This document shows positions 16,167 through 25,248 of a stretch of 25,248 nt of DNA, piece after piece. A program made the position numbers and the translations under genes. Within the stretch, counting starts at the first letter, position 1, and every line of letters begins with the position of its first letter. A model generated the notes under the pieces. That model was not told the origin of the DNA. It saw only the letters and a list, made by a program, of their open reading frames with translations, and did no database searches. Origin of the DNA: a virus (Duplodnaviria; Caudoviricetes); the IMG/VR virus record IMGVR_UViG_3300037755_000394, positions 1 through 25,248 of that record; one strand, written 5' to 3'.

Positions 16167-16453
16167 CGGAAAGGGGGATTCCGCTTTCCGCAATAATCGG
16201 TGATCGTGGCCTGTACCCCTGGGAATTCGAGGCGCTCGAACAGGCAGCGCGGGCGCGGCGGGCACTTGACCAGCTTGAACTGTACGAGGCTGTAAGTCTT
16301 TCGCATCCGGTCGACTCAAAGCAGGCGAATAAGGTTCAGAACAGGATAAATGCGATCCAGAAGCGATACAACGTTCCATTTGCATACGAGAAACTCGAAA
16401 AGAGAAAGACAATTTGGGAATTGCGGGATCAAGCATTAAAGAGGGAGAAATAA
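16130..16453 (+). CDS. frameshift extension of tail chaperone (gpT-like, 107 aa; fusion about 250 aa)
   Basis: ARNREAGRILSLTERGIPLSAIIGDRGLYPWEFEALEQ...ALKREK*, with no usable start of its own; ends 6 nt before the tape measure start. Confidence 0.8.
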   Translation, partial: ARNREAGRILSLTERGIPLSAIIGDRGLYPWEFEALEQAARARRALDQLELYEAVSLSHPVDSKQANKVQNRINAIQKRYNVPFAYEKLEKRKTIWELRDQALKREK

Positions 16454-16459
16454 AACCAG

Positions 16460-19400
16460 GTGTTTGAGGTCGGTGCAATATTCGCCCGGATGATCGTCAA
16501 GGACGATTTGACCGGACAAATGAACCGTGCTGCCAGGCAGTCGACGGCTGCCACCGCCACGATGCAAGCCGGACTAAAACGTGTTGATCGTTCCGTGTCG
16601 GGCCTTTCTTCTTCGATCACTGCTTTCGGAAATCAGTCGCAAAAAACAGTCGGCGGACTGACGGAGCGTCTGAAAGTTTTTAACAATCGTCTTGAGCGAA
16701 CGGAAATCGGGTCGAAAAACTTTCGGATTCTCACCCGGGAAATCAAGCAAACCCAGGGAGCACTTGACCGCGCGAAAGGTTCCGCCGGTTCACTTGCTTC
16801 CGCAATTGGCCCGCTACTGATCGGCGGCGGCGCTGCAATCGCGTTCAAATCTCTTGCTACCAATGTTCTTTCCGCGGGCGCGGAACTGGAGCAAACTCGT
16901 ATTTCTTTTCAGACGTTCATGCGTGACGTTGACAAGGGAAATAAAGTCCTCAAACAATTGAATGATTTTGCGGACCGGACGCCATTCACAAACCGGCAGG
17001 TTCTCGGTGCCGGGCGAACATTGCTGGCGTTCGGACTGGAAGCGAACAAGCTCGAAAAAACACTTGAGAATCTTGGTAACGCGAGTGCTGCTACCGGTAA
17101 AAACTTTCAGGATCTTGCTGCAATTTACGGAAAGGCGATGACAGCCGGGCGAGTGCAGGCGGAGGAACTAAATCAATTCACTGACGCAGGCATCCCGATT
17201 ATACGCGAATTATCGGAAATGCTCGGGAAAACTTCGGCAGAAATTCGAAGCATGGGCAGCGAAGGATTGCTCACTGCCGATTTACTGGAATCTGCATTTC
17301 AGAGAATGTCGGCAGAGGGTGGCGTTTTCGAAGACTTGATGTTGCGTCAATCCCAGACGATGGGCGGCCTCTGGTCGACAATAACTGGAAAAGTTCAAAA
17401 CTCAATGGCGCGACTCGGGGAAACGCTCGGCACTGTGATTATTCCTGTACTGCGTGCATCAATCGCGCTGTGGGAAAGCCTCGGAGAAACAGGCCAGGAA
17501 ATTGTGATTGGTTTGGGGCTTCTCGCGACTGGAGCCCTTGCGGCTGCCGCTGCATTTGTAGCTTTCAAAGGTCCTTTAATAGCGGTCGGTGTTGCGCTGA
17601 AAGCAGCATTCCTGGCAGCCGGCGGACTCAATCCAATCGTTATCGCTCTGACTGTAGCGATAGCTGCGCTTGCAGCGGCAGCGATCCATTTATCGAAAAA
17701 TTGGGAACGCTTTTCTGGAGTGTTCCAGCCGATAGTCGAAGAGATGGAACGTTTTTCTGACGCCGCAGAAGTCGCAACCGATCAAACCGCGAGATTGCAA
17801 AAGGTATTTGGAACGGCAGATTTAGACGTATTTAATCGGAATCTCGCGGCAGCAAGTGACAGCATGACTGCATTTGGAGTTTCTTCTGCCGGAGCCCTGG
17901 AAAGATTCTCTCTGATGGAACGTGTTATCAAGACTATTTCTTCAGGAATTTTCCTTGTAATTTCATCGTTCAAAATATGGGGGATGCGCATCGAACAACT
18001 TCAAGCGCAATGGGATATTTTCGGACAAAGAGCAGGATTACATCTCGATATAATCGGGAAAAAATTAACAGACCCTCTGAATTGGGATAAATACAACAGA
18101 CAATTAGAGCATGGCCTGCTGGGCATCTCAATAAATACGATGGAGGATTTCGAAGAGCAGATCAACGGTGCGCTGGCATCGCAGATGTCCGGTTATCTCA
18201 AGATATGGGCAGCAGGAATAGAGGAACAAGAAAAAATCGTCAACGAAGGCATGGTTGCAACAAACGCTGTTGTTAGCAATGGTATGGATCGCGCCGGAAA
18301 GACTATAAAAGAAAAAACGCGTGGTTGGGTTGATCCTGTCGTCATGGAGTTTCGCAGGTTAAAAGACGAAACGTTAAAGAACTTCGCAGAGATGCGCGGA
18401 ATAACAAGTCTGAGCCTCGAAGAGATGCTCGATGACATTGATTTTTTTGTACAGAAAATGCAGGAAAAAATATCGTCCGGCATGGGCGGTGTAGGTGCCG
18501 GCACTGGAATTTCGTCACAGGTTGAAGCACTCAGGGAAGAACTGGCCGCGCTCGGAACTGGCCCGGATCTCACCGCGCTATTCCAGCGAGCCGGGAAACA
18601 GGCGGCGTCCACGTTCTGGGATTCCGCATCAGTTGGCGGTTTGCAATCCCAGATAAATTTCGTTCAATCTGCGACGGCGATTTTCGAGAAACTTCTGTCG
18701 ACCGTGCAAGATTTAATGGAGTCGTCGTTTCAGGTAGCTGCAAATAATATCCAGAGCACGGCAAACCAGTTTTCTTTGTTCGCCGATATATTCACGACGC
18801 AATGGAACAGGCAGAAAGAACGCGAGCTTGAGATCCTCGAAATGATCGAGGACCAGAAAATAGAAGCCGTTCGCCGCGCGACGTTCGAAAGGATCGGTAT
18901 AATAGACGCGGAATTCGCGGCCCGTAAAGCGGCTCTTGAAGCGGAACTTGCCCAGCAATTACAGAATATCGAGACAGAGCGCATCGCACGCGGCGAGCAG
19001 GTAGCAGAAAAAGCCCAAACTCAGGCGCAGGAAGTCGTAGACCGTGGCATTGTAGACGAAGACGCGCGAAGTCAGGGAGAACTTGCGCAAAAGGAACACG
19101 AAGATAAGCTCCGAAATTTGCAAAAAGAGAGTACAGATAAGACTCGCATTCAGGAGCAAATAAACGTCGATATTGTCCGCAAGGCCGAGGAAGACAAGGC
19201 CAAAGCAGTCGCTGATTTCAACGCACGCAAAGAGGCGGAAGGAAAACGCAACGCGAAAGTTAGGGCGCTCATTGAATACGGACTGGAACTGAATGCTTTC
19301 CGTATTTCGCAGCAAAGAGCCCGCGCGGTTGCGGCACTGAATTATGCTCAGGGGCTCGGCGGCGCAGTTGCAACCGGCCTGCAATTCGGCCCAGCCGCCC

Positions 19401-19759
19401 TGGTTGTGATCCCGACTTTGATCGGACTGGCCACGGCGTCGTTTGCGGCGTCTCAGGCGGTGATAGCTTCGACACCACCGCCGCTACCCCCGGCGTCACT
19501 GTTTGCCCAGGATGGCGGTGTGCTTATGGGTCCGCGGCATTCGCAGGGCGGCGTCAGTGTAGAGGCAGAGGGCGGCGAGGCTTTCCTGTCGCGGGGCCTG
19601 ACGCGAGACTTGAGCAATTTTATTTCGGCTCCGCAAGAGCGGCCCGTATTCGCCGCCGGCGCAATCCAGTTGAACTTTTACGGAATCGAGGGCGCGGAAG
19701 AAATTGCAGAGAAGGTTGACGAGGCAATTGCCGCACGAATGGAGGGCCGCACGTTTTGA
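16460..19759 (+). CDS. tape measure protein
   Basis: 1099 aa; MFEVGAIFARM N-terminus; tape-measure domain LEQTRISF..FADRTPF..QAEELNQFTDAGIPI; hydrophobic segments; C-terminal FAQDGGVLMGPRHSQGGVSVEAEGGE. Confidence 0.92.
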   Translation: MFEVGAIFARMIVKDDLTGQMNRAARQSTAATATMQAGLKRVDRSVSGLSSSITAFGNQSQKTVGGLTERLKVFNNRLERTEIGSKNFRILTREIKQTQGALDRAKGSAGSLASAIGPLLIGGGAAIAFKSLATNVLSAGAELEQTRISFQTFMRDVDKGNKVLKQLNDFADRTPFTNRQVLGAGRTLLAFGLEANKLEKTLENLGNASAATGKNFQDLAAIYGKAMTAGRVQAEELNQFTDAGIPIIRELSEMLGKTSAEIRSMGSEGLLTADLLESAFQRMSAEGGVFEDLMLRQSQTMGGLWSTITGKVQNSMARLGETLGTVIIPVLRASIALWESLGETGQEIVIGLGLLATGALAAAAAFVAFKGPLIAVGVALKAAFLAAGGLNPIVIALTVAIAALAAAAIHLSKNWERFSGVFQPIVEEMERFSDAAEVATDQTARLQKVFGTADLDVFNRNLAAASDSMTAFGVSSAGALERFSLMERVIKTISSGIFLVISSFKIWGMRIEQLQAQWDIFGQRAGLHLDIIGKKLTDPLNWDKYNRQLEHGLLGISINTMEDFEEQINGALASQMSGYLKIWAAGIEEQEKIVNEGMVATNAVVSNGMDRAGKTIKEKTRGWVDPVVMEFRRLKDETLKNFAEMRGITSLSLEEMLDDIDFFVQKMQEKISSGMGGVGAGTGISSQVEALREELAALGTGPDLTALFQRAGKQAASTFWDSASVGGLQSQINFVQSATAIFEKLLSTVQDLMESSFQVAANNIQSTANQFSLFADIFTTQWNRQKERELEILEMIEDQKIEAVRRATFERIGIIDAEFAARKAALEAELAQQLQNIETERIARGEQVAEKAQTQAQEVVDRGIVDEDARSQGELAQKEHEDKLRNLQKESTDKTRIQEQINVDIVRKAEEDKAKAVADFNARKEAEGKRNAKVRALIEYGLELNAFRISQQRARAVAALNYAQGLGGAVATGLQFGPAALVVIPTLIGLATASFAASQAVIASTPPPLPPASLFAQDGGVLMGPRHSQGGVSVEAEGGEAFLSRGLTRDLSNFISAPQERPVFAAGAIQLNFYGIEGAEEIAEKVDEAIAARMEGRTF

Positions 19760-20601
19760 GCACGATACGCCTTGTAAATGCGGAGGACGAGATCAGTCTT
19801 GACCTTGCCGGAGGGGTGACGGACATCCTGGGTGCTCAGGTCTCTGTGTCTTCGTTTCGACTTTCCGCGTACAGCCCCCGGATCGATCCACAGCCGCGGC
19901 TCGGAAAAGCGGGCGGCGTAGCTACCGGAGACGGGTTTGTCGGCGCAAGGCAGCTCGATCTCGGGCTCGACGTGACGATTGTCGAAGCCAGCGCAGTTTC
20001 GTACAGGGATTTTGCGGCCTATTTTCTCGGATTTTTCCGGTTCGAAAACGGGCCGGCATACGTCTACGACGATCAAGACGCGATTCCGTTTTCCGCAAGA
20101 ATTCCAGTACGGGCGCAAGTGGAACTTGAAAACGAGGATTTGAAAACCGATTCGAACACCGAGGGACTTGTGATGCGCGGCGTTGTGAAACTCGTTCATA
20201 TTGATGGCCTCTGGGAAGATCAGGACCCCGTGGAGTACTCGTCCGGCTCGGGCGGAATCTCAGACACAGACACGTTTCAAATCACAAACGACAGCAGTTT
20301 CGAAGCTTACCCGGTTATAACACTGACGGCGCTTGACGCGAATTCTCTATTTCGTTTAACAAATATCGATACCGGTTTATTTATGGAAATCGGTTCATCT
20401 GATTTTACAACCGGTGTGGCGATGGAAATTTCGTCCGTCACGGGCCGGATCACGATCGGCGGAAGCGATATTTCCGCGACTTCACTCGGCGAAGGTTCGA
20501 GTTTCCTTTCTCTTGCGCCTGGCACGAATAATTTTCAGTACTCGTCTGCGTTCGGGTCGGTCGGCCTGGAATTGGAATTCCGTAGAAAATGGCCACGGTA
20601 A
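19756..20601 (+). CDS. distal tail protein (Dit)
   Basis: Follows the tape measure gene; ITND..EAYPVITL and FLSLAPGTNNFQY..FRRKW pattern. Confidence 0.75.
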   Translation: MSTIRLVNAEDEISLDLAGGVTDILGAQVSVSSFRLSAYSPRIDPQPRLGKAGGVATGDGFVGARQLDLGLDVTIVEASAVSYRDFAAYFLGFFRFENGPAYVYDDQDAIPFSARIPVRAQVELENEDLKTDSNTEGLVMRGVVKLVHIDGLWEDQDPVEYSSGSGGISDTDTFQITNDSSFEAYPVITLTALDANSLFRLTNIDTGLFMEIGSSDFTTGVAMEISSVTGRITIGGSDISATSLGEGSSFLSLAPGTNNFQYSSAFGSVGLELEFRRKWPR

Positions 20602-22331
20602 CAGTAAATAGAACGTCAGCGGCACTTGGCTCACAAATATTCGGCGAGGAACTACTCGGCGGCGAGACAGACGATTTTATCGTAAACACGTACCCGACGA
20701 TTACGACGCGCGGTCGGGCAACGCTGGGCTGGGGTTATGCAGGCGCCAGGATATTCCGCAAAGGTTATCCGTGGACGCCGTTCACGAAAACCGCAATTTC
20801 GGGCGCTGCCATTTCTTCGATCGTTCTGACTTCATCGTCCGGCGCGATCCTGGGCCGGATACGGTCAGACATAGAAAAAACGATTCTACGCAGTATTTCT
20901 TTTACGCTTGACGAACATGGATGCGCTGATTTTGAGATGGTCCTTAACGCGCTCCCGGATTTTCCGTTGTTGCCGCTATCGATTATTCAGATCAACGTCG
21001 GCAACACGGAATTTGACTGGTACCGCGGAATCGTCGAAGAGGTGCCAGAGGAAGGAACGGCGCGCGGATCGTACACGTTCAAAGGATTCGGCTTGCGCAA
21101 GACTCTTTCGCGCGTAGTCGGAACCGGAACTTACCCGGCAGCAACCGACGTTGGCTTGATCGTTGCCGGGATCGTCGAAGACATCGTAGCGCCCAACACA
21201 AATATCGGATTTAACACTGGAAAAATAGACACTTCCACGGGTATTTTCACGGTGCAGGAACAGGTTATCCAGGAAGCCGACATTCAGAAGCTGATGGACT
21301 CGTACGCGAAAATGGCGAATGCGCGGTGGGGAGTGGACGGTGACGGCGATTTCTATTTTGAGACCCGCGACACGGTTATCGTGAAAAACTGGATAGCAGG
21401 CTACGACTTCCAGAGCTTCGATCCTGCGCTTGATATTCAGAACATCTACAACCGGATAAAAGTAACTCGCAAATTCAATTCCACGGAATCGGGATGGACG
21501 ATCGGCGCAATTTCTAACGATCTCAGGTCACAGGCGAAATATGGAATCAAGGAATTCAATCAACAATTACTCGGGGTATACTCGGACGACGATTGCCAGA
21601 TCGTGGCCGACACACTGCTTGCGGAATTTTCTGAACCGAAATTTGCGGCGAAGGTAAAGCGGATTCCGATTAGGACTGTCTCTGATTTCATTGAGCGCGG
21701 TTTCCATCGTTTCGTCGCGCCCCCGTCTGAATATCGTGCCGAAGTCCAGGATTGCGACGATGCGGACGATTGGGACAGCGACGCCACGAGCGCGGACGAT
21801 CTTGTCCACTCATTGAATACGAGTCTTTTCGTTTCGGGCCTGGGGTCGATTCAGATGTCATGGTCGGACGCGGACGGCGCCTCGATCGTTGCGCCGATCA
21901 CTGCGATCGGCAAAATTCAGAAAGTGCGCTGCTGGATCAACGGCAACCGTCAGGGATTGCTCGTCCGCCTGGGAATCGGGTTCGGATCATTCACACAGTA
22001 CCAGAAGCTCATTGCCTTTGACGTTACCGGAGCTTTCTTCCCTGTAGAATTCGACGTTTCGGCGGAGAATATTTTCGCACTGAACCAGGTCGGGTTTACC
22101 GTCCTGGATTCTTCGCAGGCGACGACGGTTCTGATCGATCGAATCGAACTTGACATAGTAGGCGCAAAGCACTACGAAATGGAACTGACAACATCTCGCT
22201 ACACTCTTGAGCCGAACCGGCAAACAGCGGACGCCGAGTTTGGGCCGCGCAAAAAGATACTGCATGATTACGTGGCGGAAGTGCTCGCGCGCGCGGAGGA
22301 AAATAGAGTGCTTTCGGAGAAAACATCATGA
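20589..22331 (+). CDS. baseplate hub/Tal-like tail protein with probable inserted beta-sandwich domain
   Basis: Follows Dit; YRGIVEE..FKGFG, WGVDGDGDFYF, IYNRIKV and SQAKYGIKE hub-like motifs. Confidence 0.65.
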   Translation: MATVTVNRTSAALGSQIFGEELLGGETDDFIVNTYPTITTRGRATLGWGYAGARIFRKGYPWTPFTKTAISGAAISSIVLTSSSGAILGRIRSDIEKTILRSISFTLDEHGCADFEMVLNALPDFPLLPLSIIQINVGNTEFDWYRGIVEEVPEEGTARGSYTFKGFGLRKTLSRVVGTGTYPAATDVGLIVAGIVEDIVAPNTNIGFNTGKIDTSTGIFTVQEQVIQEADIQKLMDSYAKMANARWGVDGDGDFYFETRDTVIVKNWIAGYDFQSFDPALDIQNIYNRIKVTRKFNSTESGWTIGAISNDLRSQAKYGIKEFNQQLLGVYSDDDCQIVADTLLAEFSEPKFAAKVKRIPIRTVSDFIERGFHRFVAPPSEYRAEVQDCDDADDWDSDATSADDLVHSLNTSLFVSGLGSIQMSWSDADGASIVAPITAIGKIQKVRCWINGNRQGLLVRLGIGFGSFTQYQKLIAFDVTGAFFPVEFDVSAENIFALNQVGFTVLDSSQATTVLIDRIELDIVGAKHYEMELTTSRYTLEPNRQTADAEFGPRKKILHDYVAEVLARAEENRVLSEKTS

Positions 22332-23590
22332 GCGACTACAGATATAATTCACTGACCGGGACATTCCAGCCCGAAAACATTACGGACGAAGAGCACACAG
22401 TCGAATTCTGGCCGGAAATGAACGCGTACGGCATCAAGCTTGAAAACGGAGTGCAGCTCACAAACCCGCGCACTGTCACGATAATCAACGCTGATACGAT
22501 GGCCGCATTTACAGAGCAGACCGCGCGAATCGCACCGAACGCCGGGCAATTCTGGGTCGACTACGACGCCGCGACGTTTGGCGGAACATCTCAGGTGTTT
22601 TTCAATCCAGCCGACGACGGGACGAACGTTCTTGTGTCGTATAAATCGCTGGGGGATATATTGCGGGTTGATTTTATATCGCCAGTAATTCAATCGCTTT
22701 TTCAAAATATAAAGCAATCTTTTTATTTTAATTGGTTTGAAGCGACACCAGCAGAAGCGAACAACTGGAGATCGGTCACGTACGGCGACGGTCTATTTGT
22801 CGCTGTCTCAGATGGCGGAACGAACCGCGTCATGACTTCGCCGGACGGAATTACGTGGACTGCGCGGAGCGCTGCCGAAGCTAATGAATGGCTCAGTGTC
22901 ACGTACGGCGACGGTCTTTTTGTTGCTATTTCGGATGACGGAACGAACCGCGTCATGACTTCGCCGGACGGAATTACGTGGACTGCCAGAAGTGCAGCAG
23001 AAGCGAACAACTGGAGATCGGTCACGTACGGCGACGGTCTATTTGTCGCTGTCTCAGATGGCGGAACGAACCGCGTCATGACTTCGCCGGACGGAATTAC
23101 GTGGACTGCGCGGAGCGCTGCCGAAGCTAACGGATGGGTCAGTGTCACGTACGGCGACGGTCTTTTTGTTGCTGTCTCCTTTAGCGGAACGAACCGCGTC
23201 ATGACTTCGCCGGACGGAATTACGTGGACTGCGCGGAGCGCTGCCGAAGCTAACGGCTGGCTCAGTGTCACGTACGGCGACGGTCTATTTGTTGCTGTCT
23301 CCTTCGACGGAACGAACCGCGTCATGACTTCGCCGGACGGAATTACGTGGACTGCGCGGAGCGCTGCCGAAGCTAATTTGTGGTCTGACGTAACGTACGG
23401 GAACGGCTTTTTTATAGCTATAAATACAAACACATTTCGAGGCATGATTTCAGAAGATGGAATTTCATGGGATGCAGTTCAATTGCCAGAATTGGGAACG
23501 CAATATTTCAATACAAATTACGGGAACGGCAAATTTGTAACTGTCGGGGCCTCTATCGCGGCGGCATCTTTGATCGCTCTTGAAAGCTAA
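22328..23590 (+). CDS. tail-tip/receptor-binding protein with beta-propeller repeats
   Basis: N-terminal domain shared with the next gene; C-terminal 41-aa repeats carrying Asp-box-like TSPDGITW. Confidence 0.7.
   Translation: MSDYRYNSLTGTFQPENITDEEHTVEFWPEMNAYGIKLENGVQLTNPRTVTIINADTMAAFTEQTARIAPNAGQFWVDYDAATFGGTSQVFFNPADDGTNVLVSYKSLGDILRVDFISPVIQSLFQNIKQSFYFNWFEATPAEANNWRSVTYGDGLFVAVSDGGTNRVMTSPDGITWTARSAAEANEWLSVTYGDGLFVAISDDGTNRVMTSPDGITWTARSAAEANNWRSVTYGDGLFVAVSDGGTNRVMTSPDGITWTARSAAEANGWVSVTYGDGLFVAVSFSGTNRVMTSPDGITWTARSAAEANGWLSVTYGDGLFVAVSFDGTNRVMTSPDGITWTARSAAEANLWSDVTYGNGFFIAINTNTFRGMISEDGISWDAVQLPELGTQYFNTNYGNGKFVTVGASIAAASLIALES
22751..23365 (+). repeat. five near-identical 123-bp coding tandem repeats, followed by two degenerate units
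   Basis: GTCACGTACGGCGACGG at 22775, 22898, 23021, 23144 and 23267; degenerate copy at 23390. Confidence 0.95.
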
Positions 23591-23601
23591 CGGGTTTAAA
23601 A

Positions 23602-24483
23602 ATGTCCTACACGTATTCAAACAAGCGCGTCCATCCTATAACTGGCGCAATCTCCGGTCGCACGATTGAGCAAGAACTAACCGTTGCAGAGCTGGACGAG
23701 CTTCCGGGCGTCTACGGCGTCCAGCTATTGGACGGAATAATACAGACCACTCTGACAGTAACAGAGAACGTCACAGGCGGCTCTGTATTCGTGCAGGTTA
23801 CTGAGCCACCGCTGGCCGGTCAAGTCGCCGTGCGATATACCAGCGGAATTTCTCCGCGCGGGCTGTTGATATTCAACGTGGCGGACGACGCAACCAACGT
23901 TCTTGTAGAATACGAAGGCGCTGGCACGGTGTCGAACCTGGAGAACATCACGGCGCTTGCTTCTGCGGCGGCGGTTGACGAAGTGAACGCCGTCGTGCCT
24001 GGTGAGGTCACCAGTCAGCTTGCTACAATAATATCAAGCGACAGCGTTTTGTGCGACACGATCGGAACGACAACTGGAGGCTGGGGCTCAACAGACACAA
24101 AAGTCGTCAGATTTACTAACGTCACAACGACCGGCACCGCCGCGACCGGTGCGTCAACCGCTGCGAACGGGACAACGATAACGGTCAACACAACCGGCCT
24201 GTATCACGTCACGGGCGTTTGCCGGTACGGGGTATCCGGTTCGCCCTCCTTGGTGATCACTGTAAACTCGTCAGATCTGACGTCTGACCCGTTCCAGACC
24301 TCAATCAACGGCGGCAGATTGTATTGGCAGCACGAGGGGTCCACTGGGCTGCGAAATTCAACGACAATTTCGGGACTGCTATATTTGACAGCAACGGATG
24401 TTGTTCGGCTGCACGGTGCCGGAACAACCCAGGCGCTACACGCTGACTGGCGTTTTGAATTGCGACCGATTTTTCTGGGGTAA
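23602..24483 (+). CDS. tail-tip protein with C-terminal C1q/TNF-like beta-sandwich (putative RBP)
   Basis: N-terminus paralogous to the 22328 gene; C-terminal TITVNTTGLYHVTG..ISGLLYLTATDVVRL. Confidence 0.6.
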   Translation: MSYTYSNKRVHPITGAISGRTIEQELTVAELDELPGVYGVQLLDGIIQTTLTVTENVTGGSVFVQVTEPPLAGQVAVRYTSGISPRGLLIFNVADDATNVLVEYEGAGTVSNLENITALASAAAVDEVNAVVPGEVTSQLATIISSDSVLCDTIGTTTGGWGSTDTKVVRFTNVTTTGTAATGASTAANGTTITVNTTGLYHVTGVCRYGVSGSPSLVITVNSSDLTSDPFQTSINGGRLYWQHEGSTGLRNSTTISGLLYLTATDVVRLHGAGTTQALHADWRFELRPIFLG

Positions 24484-24486
24484 GAA

Positions 24487-24834
24487 ATGACGATCACCGA
24501 AAAGACACGCGTATCCGTTTCGCTCCAGATTCTCGCGGTTGTTATGTTGGGGCTGGGCGGCTGGTTCATGCGCGTCGAGATTTCGACGTCTATATCAGAA
24601 TTACGCGCGGAAAATATGCAAGCGCGGGCCGAGGATCGGGCTATTTCTGCCGGCCAGTGCCTGCTGATTAAAGAGCTTGCGGCAGAGGTTGCACCGGAAT
24701 TCCGCAATCGCGAATTGTATAAAGCGGTGGATTGCGGCAATTTCGCAATTCAGCGCGCAGATTTTGATTTTGCGGAATTAGAACGGACCGGGAATTCCGG
24801 CAGAAAAATTGTTGACGGTTTTTATGGCCCGTGA
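24487..24834 (+). CDS. single-TM membrane protein (possible lysis accessory)
   Basis: Hydrophobic VSLQILAVVMLGLGGWFM followed by a short helical region; located after the tail genes. Confidence 0.5.
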   Translation: MTITEKTRVSVSLQILAVVMLGLGGWFMRVEISTSISELRAENMQARAEDRAISAGQCLLIKELAAEVAPEFRNRELYKAVDCGNFAIQRADFDFAELERTGNSGRKIVDGFYGP

Positions 24835-24866
24835 ATTATCCTGACTATCGAAATAGGAGATAGTAT

Positions 24867-25248
24867 ATGGATTTTACAATTCCGAGTGATGCGCATTCAG
24901 TTTTTGAGCCTCCGAAGAAACGAGGCCCGAAGCCTTTGAGCCCGGAAGAAAAAGCGCGTCGAAAAGCGGAGCGCGAAGCGGCGAAGTCAGCCAATCCGGC
25001 GCAGGCTCCGAAGAAAAGAGGGCGGAAGCCGAAAGCCGAAAAGAGCGTATCAAAAACAAAGCGCGGTCGCAAGCCGAAAGTCGCCGCCGAATCTGTTCCG
25101 GTCGATCCGGCAAAATCGGAATGGCCGGGCCTGACGATGTGGATTCTGGTCGGTCTGTACAATTTCCTGGGGCGCCGGATTGCGGCGTACACGAAATGGC
25201 AGGACGCCCGGGGGATCGCAAAGGCCCGGAAGCTCCAGTCGCGCCAGG
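24867..25248 (+). CDS. 3'-truncated basic protein with AT-hook-like repeats (not in the ORF track)
   Basis: RBS AGGAG at 24855 and ATG 24867; MDFTIPSDAHSVFEPPKKRGPKPLSPEEKARRKAEREAAK..PKKRGRKPK..KRGRKPK..; open to the window end. Confidence 0.75.
   Translation, partial: MDFTIPSDAHSVFEPPKKRGPKPLSPEEKARRKAEREAAKSANPAQAPKKRGRKPKAEKSVSKTKRGRKPKVAAESVPVDPAKSEWPGLTMWILVGLYNFLGRRIAAYTKWQDARGIAKARKLQSRQ

Noticed and set aside
22862-22872. GCGCGGAGCGC in the tail repeats resembling the leader 14-mer
   Set aside because: It lacks the GGAGA pentaloop and is explained by Ala-Arg-Ser-Ala codons.
22751-23365. 123-bp repeats as a CRISPR array or DGR template/variable pair
   Set aside because: The units are contiguous, in frame and coding, with no unique spacers or cas genes. 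Some variable codons (GGC/GAC/AGC) fit adenine mutagenesis but others (AGA TCG vs CTC AGT) do not, and no reverse transcriptase is in the window.
22723-23445. 240-aa minus-strand repetitive ORF
   Set aside because: It is the antisense shadow of the coding repeat; one stop-free unit is simply repeated.
24845-25221. Two minus-strand 115-aa ORFs at the right end
   Set aside because: The + strand frame from ATG 24867 has an RBS, coherent motifs and the same orientation as all other genes.

Overview
This 25 kb window is the late (virion) region of a long-tailed, siphovirus-like phage or prophage, and every credible gene is on the + strand. Gene order: small ORFs and an SGNH hydrolase, TerS, TerL, portal, protease/scaffold, decoration protein, major capsid, head-tail adaptor, minor capsid, a seven-gene glycan cassette, head closure, neck, tail terminator, major tail protein, tail assembly chaperones with a -1 frameshift, tape measure, Dit, Tal/hub, two tail-tip proteins, a membrane protein, and a truncated AT-hook-like protein. 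Two things stand out. (1) A translationally coupled nonulosonic (sialic-acid-like) sugar cassette at 9277-13800 sits between the head and neck genes. It encodes a Maf/DUF115-like transferase, NeuA, NeuB, a methyltransferase, a GT8, a radical SAM-SPASM/twitch enzyme and a HAD phosphatase, which suggests phage-encoded virion glycosylation. (2) A covarying RNA-like motif with two GGAGA-loop hairpins occurs in the leaders of both the capsid cluster and the major tail gene, each downstream of a shared AAAA-N-GCTTGAC promoter-like motif. All calls come from reading motifs and synteny by eye; no searches were run. No integrase, endolysin, tRNA, CRISPR array or reverse transcriptase was seen.
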